Shown here piece after piece: positions 1-13,135 of a stretch of DNA of 64,000 nt. Within the stretch, counting starts at the first letter, position 1. Each line of letters begins with the position of its first letter. Both the position numbers and the translations under genes were made by a program. Source of the stretch: Phoronis australis (taxonomy: Eukaryota > Animalia > Phoronida); contig NMRA01000483.1 in assembly GCA_002633005.1 (NCBI GenBank), forward strand, positions 237,964 through 301,963, in the 5' to 3' direction. Below the pieces are notes generated by a model. The model was not told the DNA's origin. It worked only from the letters and a program-made list of their open reading frames with translations, and did no database searches.

Positions 1-351
1 AACATTTAATTTATAGAACACGCCATTTGTAGAACAGCAGGTTTATATGTGGAGAGCACAAGGCTCATGAAAGTTGTTGTTTTAATATGACCAAAAGACA
101 GTACATGTCTTTGCATTTAAATGCCCTGTGTATGCCTTTAAAGCATGGTTACCATATCTTTCCTAAAACACAATTGGTTGATCCTTTGTCCATTGTAGTC
201 ATTACGCAACAGGTAATCTAACCAAAGTAGAAGTTTTTCATGTCCTACTAAATATTGAACAATAGAGGAATACCTCTAGGCATTCCCAATGCTGACTTTC
301 GTGGTGAACAAAATCAGATCGAATACTCCCAAAAGAGAACCATTTACTTAC

Positions 352-2258
352 CTTGACAGTCCTGTTCAAACACTCATCAGCCACCATGCGAACATCTGGC
401 TCACCATCATCACAGAAAAGCAAGAATGTCTCAACAGCGATACCCAGAAATTTAGGAAAATCAGCTACTGACCTGAAATTCATCAAAGGATTGAAATCTA
501 ATACCAATACAAATTCTTGGTAATTCTAAAGACAGAAATTCACTTGCAATTCAGACATAAACTTATTATGCAAATACCCCTACCAGGAAAATGTGGAAGG
601 CAGGATAATGCTGGACAAGCTTGTAAGAGTTCATGAATTATTGTACAACATCAAAATGCATGCGAGGCAAGTTACCCAAAAGATTAGTGACAAACATCGG
701 GTAATTATAACATGATTGATGGCAATGGTGATGACGATGATATACAACACTTTAAATTTTAGTTTTTAGTGACTTACTGGTGTTTAGCCTATTTTGAGAC
801 CATTGGAATGACTCATGATAAATCACTGGAAGGTAACAAACTTAAGGCTTTGTGTACAAAGTCTTTCCTTGAAATAGTAAAGTGCATTTGAGCTAACTTT
901 CTTTGGCCAGTTAAAAGTTTGAAGTTCAAACTTTCTCTCCATGTTCAAGTATCTGTTAAGACTTATCTAGCATTACAGAACATGCCCCAGATCTAAAAGT
1001 TTGTCAACCGACAACCTTAGTACCTATAGGACACCATACCTTAAAGTCGGTGAACAAATGCAGTCCGCAATAACATTACAATTTGCTATCTTCTCTTTTT
1101 TGGTTGGGGGTAGATGCTCCTTTTTACTGAAATAAAAACAATGCAGACAATAAGCAGAGCTGAAAATGAGAGAAACAAGTTCTTGGAATAATTCATTAAA
1201 CATCAATTAAAACAAGGCTGTATGACCACCTTTCTCCTGTTAATAAACAACAAGCCAACGTTAAGACAAGTAACCTGTTCTAATACTACAAGCTTTTTAA
1301 CTTTCAGTTCCAACTTCTCAGCACTTTCACACGAAAGCCAGTATACACTCAGACTGTCTCAGAGACAATAGCTCGTCAAGATGATAGTTGAAGTCTAATA
1401 CCCACCACTTAATGTATATCCTGCGCTAAATCACTAGCCTAACCAGAATTAATCACCCATCAAAACACTACTTAAAAACCAATTGGCATCAAGTAATGAG
1501 ATCAAATTCAATTTCACATTAATTATTTTTAATTTTTATACAAACTAAAGGTAGCTAACTGTTGAAACAAATAGCAGATCAGATCTTAAAGATTATCGTT
1601 TGCAAAGGCATCCTATCAGAAATCTTAAGACTTTTCAATTTTCACACTTCTTGTCTGCCACAAATTAAGCAGTCAAACATTTTGGGGGTACTGGAATATA
1701 CAAAAACAAGACATAAGTAATCATACACACCATTTCCCTAAAATGACAGCTAATTCTGTTAACAGCAAAAGTAACTGGTAATAACTGTTATGAGAAAATT
1801 TTAATTACAGAATGACTTAGACGCCATACCAACCTTCTTGTTAATTCCGATTCATTCTGGCTCATCACAGAAAACTACTCTGACAGTGAATTTGGCTCTT
1901 GTCTTGATGTTATAATGAGGATTTTCAATCAATTTGTCTTGACGTTATAATGAGGACTTTCAATCAATTTGTCTGGATTCTTAGTAGATGGACTTAAATA
2001 TCAAAATTTGATCAACATAATACCCCTATAAAGTTTCAATGCCCATATTAATAATGCAAACTTGCTCTACTATTTTATTGTTTCAGGAAGTCTCGCTCAG
2101 AAAAACAATACTACAAAAGTCAAGGAAATTAACTGAAAGACGCATAACATCAATGAAATTACTGCTTACCCTAGTTTTGTGGGATCATCACTCAAGCTTC
2201 CTGGTTGAAATACCTTGAGTACTTCAAATGCTTTCACTAATTTTTCCAAGTTGGCCAT
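352..2258 (-). CDS. HTT: Huntingtin, first three coding exons (2258-2170, 1126-1040, 472-352); gene continues beyond the left edge of the window
   Basis: Spliced translation [99 protein letters not shown] matches the N17 helix (human MATLEKLMKAFESLKSF) and the first HEAT-repeat motif [11 protein letters not shown]. All junctions are GT-AG with compatible phases (89, 87, 121 nt). Confidence 0.95.
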
Positions 2259-2789
2259 GTCTAAAAGATATACAACTTTCATTAATTTTAAGAACACAAA
2301 ATCCTTGGCAAGAGACCACAGTGCATATCACAACTACAGGTGCTTAAGGTTATCAAGGATCTTAATAAAAGACCTCAAGTCTAAGTCAAATATCGCAAAA
2401 AATTATACTTTGTCAACCATTAAATGTAATTTCTGAAAGGAGAAAGATCAAAGCTTCAAAAATACGCTTCTTACTACTGCGTCTCTATTTTTGTCACATC
2501 AAATTTTCATGCGCAAGAAAGGTACATTCATAGCCGATTTTACTAAGACTTATTTTTACATGAAAACTTTAAGTTATGTCTCAAAAACGCTGATAGGAAT
2601 TTTTTATTATTCACTTTATCCGAGTTTCATGTCAAATTAACTTGCAAAACAAAATGTAGCTGTCTTATTCATATATCGATCAGTACGCAAAAACTACGCA
2701 TATTAAAGCAAAATCCTCACAGCCCCCACGGCGCTTAGAAAAATTTAATTTCGGGGCCCTAATGTGGAGCTCAAGTACGCTTCTCACTC

Positions 2790-3275
2790 TCACACCATTC
2801 AGAGCGGAAGTGGGCATAAATCGAAAAGGAAACCCTAGCGTTGGTGTTCGGACTGGAACGATTCAAACAGTATACTTTCAGTAGACCAGTTTCAGTTCAC
2901 AATGATCACAAACCTCTCGAAAATATTCTGTGCAAACCACTGAACCAAGCTCCCAAGTGTTTGCAGGCTTTTGTATACAACTACCGATATGACATCATGT
3001 TTAAGTATTAGCAGAGTAAAACTCTAGTTATTGCAGACACCCTGAGCCGTGCGTTTCCCGACGGGTAACAGGTTAATGATATGAGCTTTAAGTTAACTAT
3101 GAAAACCCATTACATATTATTCCTGATGCCCATTTGGAGCAAATACAGAGAGCAATGGAAACTGACTCTGAGGCGAAGGAAGGATGGCCCGAAACCAAGA
3201 AAAGTCTTTTGGAAGCATTAAAACTGTACTTCGGCATACGGGACACGTTAAGTCATGAGAAAGGCATTATCCTCA
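2790..3275 (+). mobile_element. Decayed Ty3/gypsy LTR-retrotransposon pol fragment (RNase H region)
   Basis: Broken translation includes LALVFGLERFKQYTFSRPVSVHNDHKPLENI and TLVIADTLSRA, i.e. the DHKPL and ADxLSR motifs of gypsy RNase H, with stops and frameshifts. Confidence 0.85.
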
Positions 3276-3561
3276 AACTCTTTGCAATGGCATTGGCTCT
3301 TGATTGGCCATAGATCTATGTTTTACCAGTACTTTATCTGCTTAAGCAGTGAAAGTCCTCTACTCCCACAGAATACGTGTCTGGATCCTCCCGGTGCACA
3401 CTTGCTCGTTAATGCAAATACGTTGAAAAGGGTAACCTTTTAGCTGTTCAGGGGTAAAGTGTCTCTGCATCATATACTGCCGAACTTCCCACTTTACGAT
3501 ATCGTGTATTCTCGTTGAATATCGCAAAATGTCTTGTCATGGTCAAAGGTCAAGGTCAACA

Positions 3562-3721
3562 ATGGCGCACTATTTAGACGGTGTAATAAAATGGAGCGGC
3601 AAAGAGATTCCGATTAAAGGGCTTTTGCAGTCACAAACTGTCTGTGATTTGAAAAGAGCCATTCAAAAAGAAACAGGAGTTCTTCCAAACAGACAGAAAC
3701 TGCTTAATCTCAAGTTTAAGG
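3562..3721 (+). CDS. UBLCP1: Ubiquitin-like domain-containing CTD phosphatase 1, first coding exon (UBL domain N-terminal part)
   Basis: MAHYLDGVIKWSGKEIPIKGLLQSQTVCDLKRAIQKETGVLPNRQKLLNLKFKG resembles the UBLCP1 N-terminus (KW.G.E ... TV.DLK ... TGVLP.RQKLL.LK.KG). It ends at a phase-1 donor G|GTTAGT. No later exons were recognised in the window. Confidence 0.85.
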
Positions 3722-3776
3722 GTTAGTGAGACATCGTAAGACTAATTTTGAACACCGCGGCGACTTGTTCTTGTTA

Positions 3777-4500
3777 ATTTTTATGCGCCCATATATTTAT
3801 ATGTGGACGCATTATGCCGTCATCTCTGTCCGTCCGTCCGTCCGGGCGGCGTCCTTCCGGCGTCCGGCGTCTGGCGTCCGGCGTCCGCTGCTCTATCTCC
3901 AAAACCCTTTGACATACGTTCATGAAATTTGGCACATATGTTCCATTCATGAATGGGACGGCATGTGCGAACTTTCGGACGGATCCGACTACCGGTGTGC
4001 CCCCTAGTGGCAATTTTAGTTTTTTACGCTTACCTTTGTATCTTCAAAAGTCTTGAACGGATTTTCATGAAATTTGGTATGTAGGCACCTATTAGTGAGA
4101 TGACGCTATCCTACTGTTTTCAGATGGATTCGACGTAGTTTGCGCCACCTAGTGGCCATTTTTACTGTTTTCGAGTCTGTATTTTTGCGTCCACCCCTCT
4201 ATCAACCAAACCGCTCAAAGGATGATTGTGAAAATTGGCGTGTATGTGCTTACTATAAGGAAGACAGCTGACAATGATTTTCAGACGATTTGGACTACTG
4301 TGGCGCCTCCTAGTGGCAGTTTTGTTTTTTTGCGCCCATGGCTGTATCTCCCAAACCGTTAGCAGGATCTTTACTAAATTTAGCAAGTGTATTTATGTGA
4401 TGTTGACAACGGACGATGACGACTTTAGGATGATTCTGACTACCGGTATGCCTCTAGTGGCAATTTTAGTATTTGCCTCTAGTGGCAATTTTAGTATTTT
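3777..4500 (+). mobile_element. DINE-1/Helentron-associated-like non-autonomous element with (GTCC)n microsatellite and ~150-bp internal tandem repeats
   Basis: Starts TTTTTATGCGCCC...GCATTATGCCGTC, then GTCCGTCC/GGCGTCC repeats, then diverged tandem units each containing CCCTAGTGGC-like cores. A reverse-complement copy lies at 37755-38748. Confidence 0.7.
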
Positions 4501-7500
4501 ACATTGACCTCTGTATTTTCATAGGTCTTCAGGTGTATACTTTGTGTTACTTCGTGACTGTGAAGGAAAAGTTCCAAGTAGAAATTTGTTTCTGGCATTC
4601 TAATGCTGTGCTAATCTCGTATGTTGGTAAATTTGTTTTTAATTCTATGTTTCTGTGGTGCTTTAAGCAACTGGTGTATAGGATGTGCTTGTATTATGAA
4701 GATTACTCACATTTTGCCCCTAGCCTATTGAGGAGACAATGACCATGCCTTTCCATTTTGCAAAGTATGCCCTCTACTGGCCACTTTATGGTACCAATAA
4801 ACAACCCTAGAAGGATACCGTATGCGGTTCAATTGTGGGTGCATTTCAACGCTCCGCGTTGCTCTTGTTTTGTTTTGGTTAGGATCTGGTACTGTATTTT
4901 GCTTCATTCAGGTCTTGTAACTACCACAGGTACGTTTTAATTTGCGAAACTGTGTTCCATGGTGTAACAACCTTGTGGAGTGTATCTCCAAATACTAGAC
5001 ATGCAATTATTGTATTACTGCAGGTTCACTAGCTAGGCCTCTAGAAGTAGATACCAGTTAAAACACAGTCACAGCTACTCAAGCTTCAGTAGGTAGGCTA
5101 AAACCCAATCCAGGTGCCCATCCCTGACGGCCTTATTGCCTGCTGAAAGACTGCCAGCAGCCTCCCGCCAGCAGCATAAATAAAAGAAACGTGGGGGGAA
5201 CCACAAAACTGACAAATCACAATACTCCACAGAAAGTTAAAGGACGAATGCTGTTGAAGATTACAACATTTCCATCCTCCTAAAAAAGTGTAGGGCTCCC
5301 CTGGGAATCATCATCAATCGCCAGATCAGGGATATCCCCAGGTTTCAAAACCCTGCTTGCCAGCTGGGCGAGTGAGCCAGAAAATCTACTCGCCCAGCCC
5401 AAAGTTCAGTCGCCCGGCCAATTGCGTCTGTCACCACAAACTTGATGCCAGTTTTAATAAAAATCATGCGTTGATGTCACCATCTATTGGGGCTACTGTA
5501 TTCGCCATAATAAGCCGCCAGGGTTCTTAGTAAAATTCGCTTCGGAAGGCAGGGCGCCCTGTGTAGCCTTAGGCGGTTGAAACCCTGTCTCCGAAATGGG
5601 TGAAATCGGAAGCTAGGATTCATCAAATTTACGCGCTGTGACGTATCTGTAACCTATGACAGACTCTACAAAACTGTGGTGCATTGCTATCAAAATTTGT
5701 TGTTAAATTACGATACTTTAAAAAAAAATGTGCTGAAATCCCAGGGCAAAAACTTGCGGACTATTGCGTCGCTGCCTCATGATTGCAACTTGAATTCTTG
5801 AGTAAAAATAGTTTCGACTCAACAAATTACCTGAAATCCTCATTAAATTTTCCAAATGGTGTCGATAAGATTTTTAAGTTCCTGTGGAGTCAGGATTAAC
5901 CGCAGATTAAGTCCAAATCTGCGCCAGATTGCACCACGCAACACGGGAAAATGTGGACGCACACAGGTTGTTGTCACGTGACGTTTGTTGTGAAGTTAGT
6001 CTACAGGTGTGCGCTGAGTGAGCGAGAGCATGCTTGTCATCAAAGTTCATTTGCCAGAGTACAGGCCTACATATATGAGGCCCTAGTGGGCGCTTCTTAG
6101 CCACGTGCTCATTAACACTGGTCAAGTTTCGATTCGTGGTATTTACTTGTTCAAAGTAATCTGGATTTCTGTTGAGGGAGAAGATCTGTACGGGAAAGAT
6201 ACAATACAATCCCGTTGACAAGTACGCTGCTTCTGTTCTGAAAGGCTTGACCATAGTGGGACAAATTCCTTGCAAGTTCAGCAAAACTTGCGTTCTTTTT
6301 GAAGCACTGCGGAAGTTTGAAGTGTACAGCCATGGCTAAATACCGACAGCGGCGAAATTCGTGGTCTAGCAATTCCACGCACAATTATGATTTTTCAGGA
6401 CTGTCGGATATTATTGATAAATTGACATTACTGTAGAATTTTAGAACTGTAGGAAAGGCGTTTTTCACATATGTACACGTTCATGGACTGGGGCTTATTT
6501 TAACGATGTCTGAAAATGAGTGGGGGACATTTTTAGAAGGATGAGCGTTTATTAGGGTGAATGTTTTTATTTATAAAATAATTTTGGCTAAAATGACATT
6601 GTACATTACAATAAGAAATCAGTTCCAAGAAATATGGTATTTCACTTGCTGTGAGCATATGGACCGGTCTTCCACCTTTCTCCCCTAGACATCGTTTTGT
6701 TATCAAGTTACTGAATCCTTTCTATTTTTCTGCTGCTGTAAAACACCCCTTATATGCCAAACAAGTGGACAGTAACAGAAATAAGATCAAACAATAGCAT
6801 GAACTAATATTTCTTCTTTCCTCATGAAGCTGACTTCGGGGTGTACGTACATGTAGTATCCATCCATGATTGGCTACATTATGTCTCATTAAATTCCTGA
6901 ATATCTAAATTTGTAACAAACACCACCCAATGACTTCCTGGATAACTATATGTATGATCGGGGAAAAGAAACAATTTTTAATGAAATTGTGGTTTTAAAG
7001 ATAACACTATAAATGATAAACTTAGAAACATGCCTGAACATATAAAAAGCCCTAGTTATTCCAAGTAATCCCAAATTGTAATTTGATGTTGTTATAAACA
7101 AATAATAAAAACTGTGCTTTGTTTCATAAGGATAACATGAAATGTTACCATACTCATTTTCATAAAAATTGTCTCGCATAACGAGACTTTCGCGAGACTG
7201 TCGTGGTAATTGTTTATCGGATGGTTTCGGCACATTTGAGTACACTGGGTTGTTTGTAAGTTATTACTTCATTTGCATATTCACAATTTAATGAGACAAT
7301 GCATCGTCAACCTACAGTCAATATTTAAATCAAGGGGTTTAACAGAATTTAACCATGCCACTTCAAGACGGCACGTTAGTCTAACTGGTCAGAAAATCAA
7401 CGTCCGCTTTGCTCTCTGCAGTAGGAGCAGGAACATCATAAATAACTACAGTAAAATCTCACCAACTGAGGAAACAATGTGGAACACAAGTGAAATATGC

Positions 7501-7763
7501 AAGATTTATACCAGCAGCGATATAACGTTTAAAGTTTAAATGCTGTACTATTCGGATGTTACATGATGCCGTCTCGTGTCGCTTGATGTAGTTTGGACAC
7601 GGAAATGAGCCAAAACTGGCTCCATAACGTCAGCAATACGCCAGAAGACAAACCAGTTTTTCAAAATGCTGTCATTAAAAAATGACTAACGACACTGTAA
7701 TTAAAATATTGCGACTTATTTTGTCCAAAATTGTTGTGATTTCACCGTCGCAGTGCCTTATGG

Positions 7764-10700
7764 TCAGACTGTTTCAAGTTTGCTGTGGTTCATCATATCG
7801 GCAAGTGTTAACAAAAACAAATTATATCGGCCATAATTCATGTGCCCTAGAGCATGCTTATATCTTGCAAGGTGACCAAACGTCTGCTCACAAGCCTCAG
7901 TATTTAGAGCGTCCACCTCAGGCACCTTATGTGGATTAAAATGCTCATGACACCACTTGTCCACATGATTCTTAAAGTGCATTTTGTCTACTACTAAAAC
8001 GAGGGATACTAAGAACTTGCTACTTTCAGTGACCTCACACCGCTTCGCATTGTGAATGAATTTATGGAGATGGCATGCGTCGTCATACGCCAAAAGAGGG
8101 GAGAAGTGTTGGGACTCTTTGTACAAAGCAATTAAAAAGTTGTAAACTTGAGACAAGCTCTCACTTCCAAACAGTTCATCGATACTTGCTATAATACCAC
8201 AGTTGTACACTGCTGCGACAATACCAGCTGTCTTGTGTTTTTTTGTGCTTGACTTGTCTTTAGTAGTTTTACAGGTAAGCGATTTCAAATCTCCTTCTTC
8301 ATCTTTGTCCATTTCATAGACGTCCAGCCTTTTCTTCTTACCAAGTCTGGTGCCAAATGCCACAGGAATATTCTTGGTTCCTTCTGCGTTGTCAGCCTTC
8401 TGGAAGAAAAGTTTGTTTTGCTTTTTAACAAGAAGTAATGAAGTTGCTTACAAATTAATAAAGCAACCTTCCCCTAGAGTGTTGATAATGTATTACGTCA
8501 ACACTTAGTGGAGAAATGTAATGGAAATTGAAGGTTTTGATAACGGAAAGTTTCATTGAAATAGTGTGGATTTATAAAATCAGACACACAGTGAATGCAA
8601 CAAGATCAGAGACTCATTCCCATATAATGAATTAGTTACAAAATCAATGTAACAAAGGGTACTCCGAAATTAAAATACGGCATTATTTCAACGGACTCTT
8701 TCCGGTAAGCACGACCATAATATCATGCGCAGGAACATGTAACATTACTCACAAACCATACACACAAATCTCTTAATCATATGAGTGAATTACCAGGCTG
8801 TCGGTGCCCATTGTCATAGCCCGGTAATCGTTGTTATGAGTATGTGCCATTGTGCACTACAATTGCGTTCGTACTGTATATTCGTCGTTGTTCGTGTGCT
8901 TGATCCAAAATTCCTTATGCACGATTGATAGGTTTATGTGCATGATTCAGTGATCCGTGCTTATAAAGTTAAGTGCTCATGCGCATGATTGCATGACACC
9001 TCTGCTACTTCTGTTCCAAAATAACGTAGTCAACACTAAACATCCTAACTCAGCCGACTACAATACATTTAAGTGCGCTGTAAAATGTTGTTGGGTTTCA
9101 AGTCCAACCAAAAATGGACAAGCGCTCCGCAGTATGACTGGGGTCTGGGAATCTGAACTTCAGGAGCCACAAGCAGACAGTGATGAAGTACCGAAATTTG
9201 TGCTTGGATTTTGGTTATCACCAAAAGTGGTTGCCAATCATGTATCACCAAAAGTGGTTGCCAATTATAAAAACATTTAATTTAGAGTCAGTAATTTTCC
9301 GAAACAAAGACGCCACGGCTGATTTCCTGTAGTTGAGTAGTTTTATAGTCAATAAAGGCACGAATTAAAGACCCTACACCAAGATGAGCAAACAATACAC
9401 ATGCCGCTCCAGCGGCCTTGCATGATGCAGACATGTTATTTTGAAGGCTGTGAATGGTTTTTCTCTTGTCGGGTCCTGCCAGTAATTACCAACGACATCA
9501 ATACATGTAGCCATAGTGTATGTAGTTGAAACATGGATGACATTTCAAGTTTACTGTACCTTTACTTCGGAGTCATGTTCAGCAGTATCGGCATGTGCTG
9601 AACAATACATCGAACCTAGTTTAGGAGTATTGGGGCATCCAATGCTGATACTGCCTAACTCCTCTGAGTCGACATAAGCACTTTCTCGCACATTACAAAC
9701 ATTTCGCCTTGCCTTCATGTGGCCATCGACAACCAGCATCTTGGAGCAACCTGGAACGACAAGAACTGCAATTAAAACATATATCGAACCTGGTGTTTGG
9801 GATACTCATTATGTAACTCGTCTTACTTTATAATAACAAGCAAAAGAAGTAGTTAGTGTTTTAAAAAATTGGTTACTATAAGTACTAACTGGTCAGTGGT
9901 GGCGGTCATTTAGAGTCCGTGTTCATCTAAATAGGCATTATTGTTTTGTGAAGTATTCTATTTCAACTTAACCTAAAAGTTTACCCTCGTGTGTGCAGTT
10001 GTCCTTATGAGATGGACCCGACCACTTTTTCACAAAATGTGATCTGATGTCATTTATGAAATGTTCCAATGTCACATCGAGAGTGTCAGAGACCAATCTC
10101 AGTGGCATTTCAGTCAGTTTGTCCATGCTGTGCAGCCAGTACAGCAATTTCCATTTATACCTGAAAAAGCAATTGGGCAAAGCGAAACAATAAGAGGACT
10201 TTGAAGGATGATACCCTAATTATCTAGGCGCTTGCATCGAAACTGCAATTATACGATTGACATTATGTGACAACTGAGTTATAAAAAATTACTAAGGAAT
10301 TTTATACTGTTGTAGTAATCGAGGTTTTGTTAAGAAATTTAGCTAATCATGAACTCGTGCTGAAACATTCATAACAAATAAGAAGCCCATGATCGGGTTT
10401 AGGCAATTGTCTTTGTCAATCTTAGTGAGATCCACAGTTTGTATAGAACTGATTCTTCATTTTTCAGTGGTAGCTATAAAACTTTTTTCTACGCATCATT
10501 TATGCACAATTACACACGTGTTTTGAGACAATTCCAATATTGTCTGTGGTCGAGAGAGCCATAACGACAGTTTTTTGATGATTTTTCTTACAGGGAAGAG
10601 CAGCGATTTTAAACAACTGAGTAATCTTTTAACTCATGTCTGAGTTAAAACTTTTTCAATGAATAGCTAAGAAGTTATTTCATGAAACACGAAAGGACTT

Positions 10701-11594
10701 CACGAAGGTTAATTATTGCATGTACAGTACCTTAACTNTTCACAAAATGTGATCTGATGTCACTCATGAAATGTTCCAATGTCACATCGAGAGTGTCAGA
10801 GACCAATCTCAGTGACATTTCAGTCAGTTTGTCCATGCTGTGCAGCCAGTACAGCAATTTCCATTTATACCTGAAAAAGCAATTGGGCAAAGAGAAACAA
10901 TAAGAGGACTTTGAAGGATGATACCCTAATTATCTAGGCGCTTGCATCGAAACTGCAATTATACGATCGACATTATGTGACAACTGAGTTATAAAAAATT
11001 ACCAAGGAATTTTATACTGTTGTAGTAATCGAGATTTTGTTAAGAAATTTAGCTAATCATAAACTCGTGCTGAAACATTCATAACAAATAAGGAGCCCAT
11101 GATCGGGTTTAGGCAATTGTCTTTGTCAACCTTAGTGAGATCCACAGATTGTACAGAACTGATTCTTCATTTTTCAGTGGTAGCTATAAAACTTTTTTCT
11201 ACGCATCATTTATGCACAAGTACACACGTGTTTTGAGACAATTCCAATATTGTCTGTGGTCGAGAGAGCCATAACGACAGTTTTTTGATGATTTTTCTTA
11301 CAAGGAAGAGCAGCGATTTTAAACAACTGAGTAATCTTTTAACTCATGTCTGAGTTAAAACTTTTTCAAAGAATAGGTAAGAAGTTATTTCATGAAACAC
11401 GAAAGGACTTCACGAAGGTTAATTATTGCATGTACAGTACCTTAACTGAAGCCAACCCATTTTTACGTACCAAGTGTCAGCTAATTTTCTCCTGTCCATT
11501 TGCACATGTGGAATTACCAAGGTCTCTACTTCTAGCAGCATTCACTTCATTGTAAAAAGCGGCATACGCTTCAAAGCTGGTGTACTTCCGACGC
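7764..11594 (-). mobile_element. Spliced KDZ (Kyakuja-Dileera-Zisupton) transposase gene with CxC6-like Cys cluster; exons 11594-11471 (frameshifted), 10160-9985, 9750-9560, 8399-7764; 5' part not resolved
   Basis: The last three exons splice in phase (176, 191, 636 nt; GT-AG). They give H..NC..EGCSKMLVVDGHMKARRNVC...CPNTPKLGSMYCSAH followed by ESLSQVY, YDDACHL, VDKMHFKNHVDKWC and NTEACEQTF, the motif order of KDZ transposases. The upstream exon encodes SFEAYAAFYN and, after a 1-nt shift, MDRRKLADTW. Confidence 0.8.
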
Positions 11595-13135
11595 CTGTAG
11601 TGAAAATCATTGTTATGGTTTCTTTCTTCGCAAAAACCAAGTTGACTCAATTAACTATAACATTGGAAACAAACTTTTTGGTATAGTTCCCATCGAATAA
11701 TTAGTTATTCCTCACATTTGCAACACTTGACATATTTATGTTTTGAATTATCACACGGGCTTTATTATTGATAAGAGGCATTGGAAGAAACAAACACCCA
11801 GCTTTCCGTGCACCCCATGGATTTATTACGACGCTGTTAATTGTGGTGTTCATTCAAGAGTGCACCAGTGCGACATTGGCGCAGTAAATTAAGCGAAGGT
11901 CGCGTGAATTCTTACCACTCGGGGCCGGCAGGGACAACCCTGAACCACGTTTTCATTTGGGTGCGCGAAAGTCCCATTTAAAATAAGTGTTTTTGGAATC
12001 TCTGACTTAGTTTGAATTATAACATAGCACTGCATACACACAGAATTTGAAAGATGAGCGAGTAGACATCTATAATGCTTTTCAAAACGTCTGATTAATA
12101 CTTTACACGTGTCAAAGCATGTTTGGTCAATGTGACCCATAACAGCTGACGGATTTTATGGAAATGATGTCCGAACCTGTAAATTGGTTTTACCTCATTA
12201 TTCGTGAAATGTATACATGTACAGTCAGTGGTCAGACAATTCATTACCATGTTTATTTGCATTTTATGAGACACGTAGTGCCACTGTAAGTGGACATGTG
12301 TATTCATGCTCAACTTCATTTCCTGCCCGAGCCCTTTTATCTTTCTGTTGACAATTTTACGTGTTTTTCTTGTCATTTCGTATTTCAACTTCTTTTAAAC
12401 TTCCTTATTTTTGATTGGTCTATTGTTTTGCCTTTGTACTTATTTATAGTGATTGCTGACCACTACTAAGCATTACAGGTTATACAAATGGCAGTTGACT
12501 CGACATCTGTTCTTGGGCAACAACAACACCCTCTCAATCACTGAAAACTGACAATGAGACAGGACAGGACTCACAGGCATCCTGAGCATCCATAGACACA
12601 AGATATCAACAAACACTTCATACTCAAGGGAAATGACAAATTACAATAAAAGATCACTGTACACACAAGTCAATGTTCAGGATCTGACTATGAAGTCATA
12701 ATTATTTTATTTTGATTGGCACCAATAGATGTCATTTCATGAAAAAACGCTGTTTTTTCTACAGATGCCCGATTGGAAATATTAATTGGGGAGACATGAA
12801 AAGTGACAAACTGCATGTTTCACACATGATGAATGCAGCATCAAAATGGGATTCAGAACATATTAATATCAAGCGGCAAAGCCTTAGGATTTGTATTCTA
12901 AGCAATAAGCCAAACTTGCAGTCTCCCGTTTCCATACGTTGCATTTTTCATAACCTGCATTTCGTTTGCGTGGAACATTTGATCAATTACAGATACATTT
13001 TCACCAAACCTACTTCCACCTCATTTTAATGGTCTCGATTCACAGATTGGATGTGTCCAGTAGTTTTTAGCACTCAGCAACAAGACAGATAAAGGTTTGG
13101 GATTGAAAAACGGAAAAAATTTAAAATTATTTCTG

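Noticed and set aside
3726-4507. Several short ORFs here and at 38097-38821 and 62171-63830
   Set aside because: They are translations of the non-coding DINE-like tandem repeats, recurring in each copy with different frame breaks.
4473-4742. YEDY peptide resembling UBLCP1 (AYEDYDIVIWS)
   Set aside because: Surrounding residues do not match and there are no supporting splice sites; chance similarity.
10028-11446. ~710-bp tandem duplication that repeats part of a KDZ exon and intron
   Set aside because: The two near-identical copies abut a single N at 10738, the typical signature of overlapping contig ends or two haplotypes joined in scaffolding; not treated as real exon duplication.
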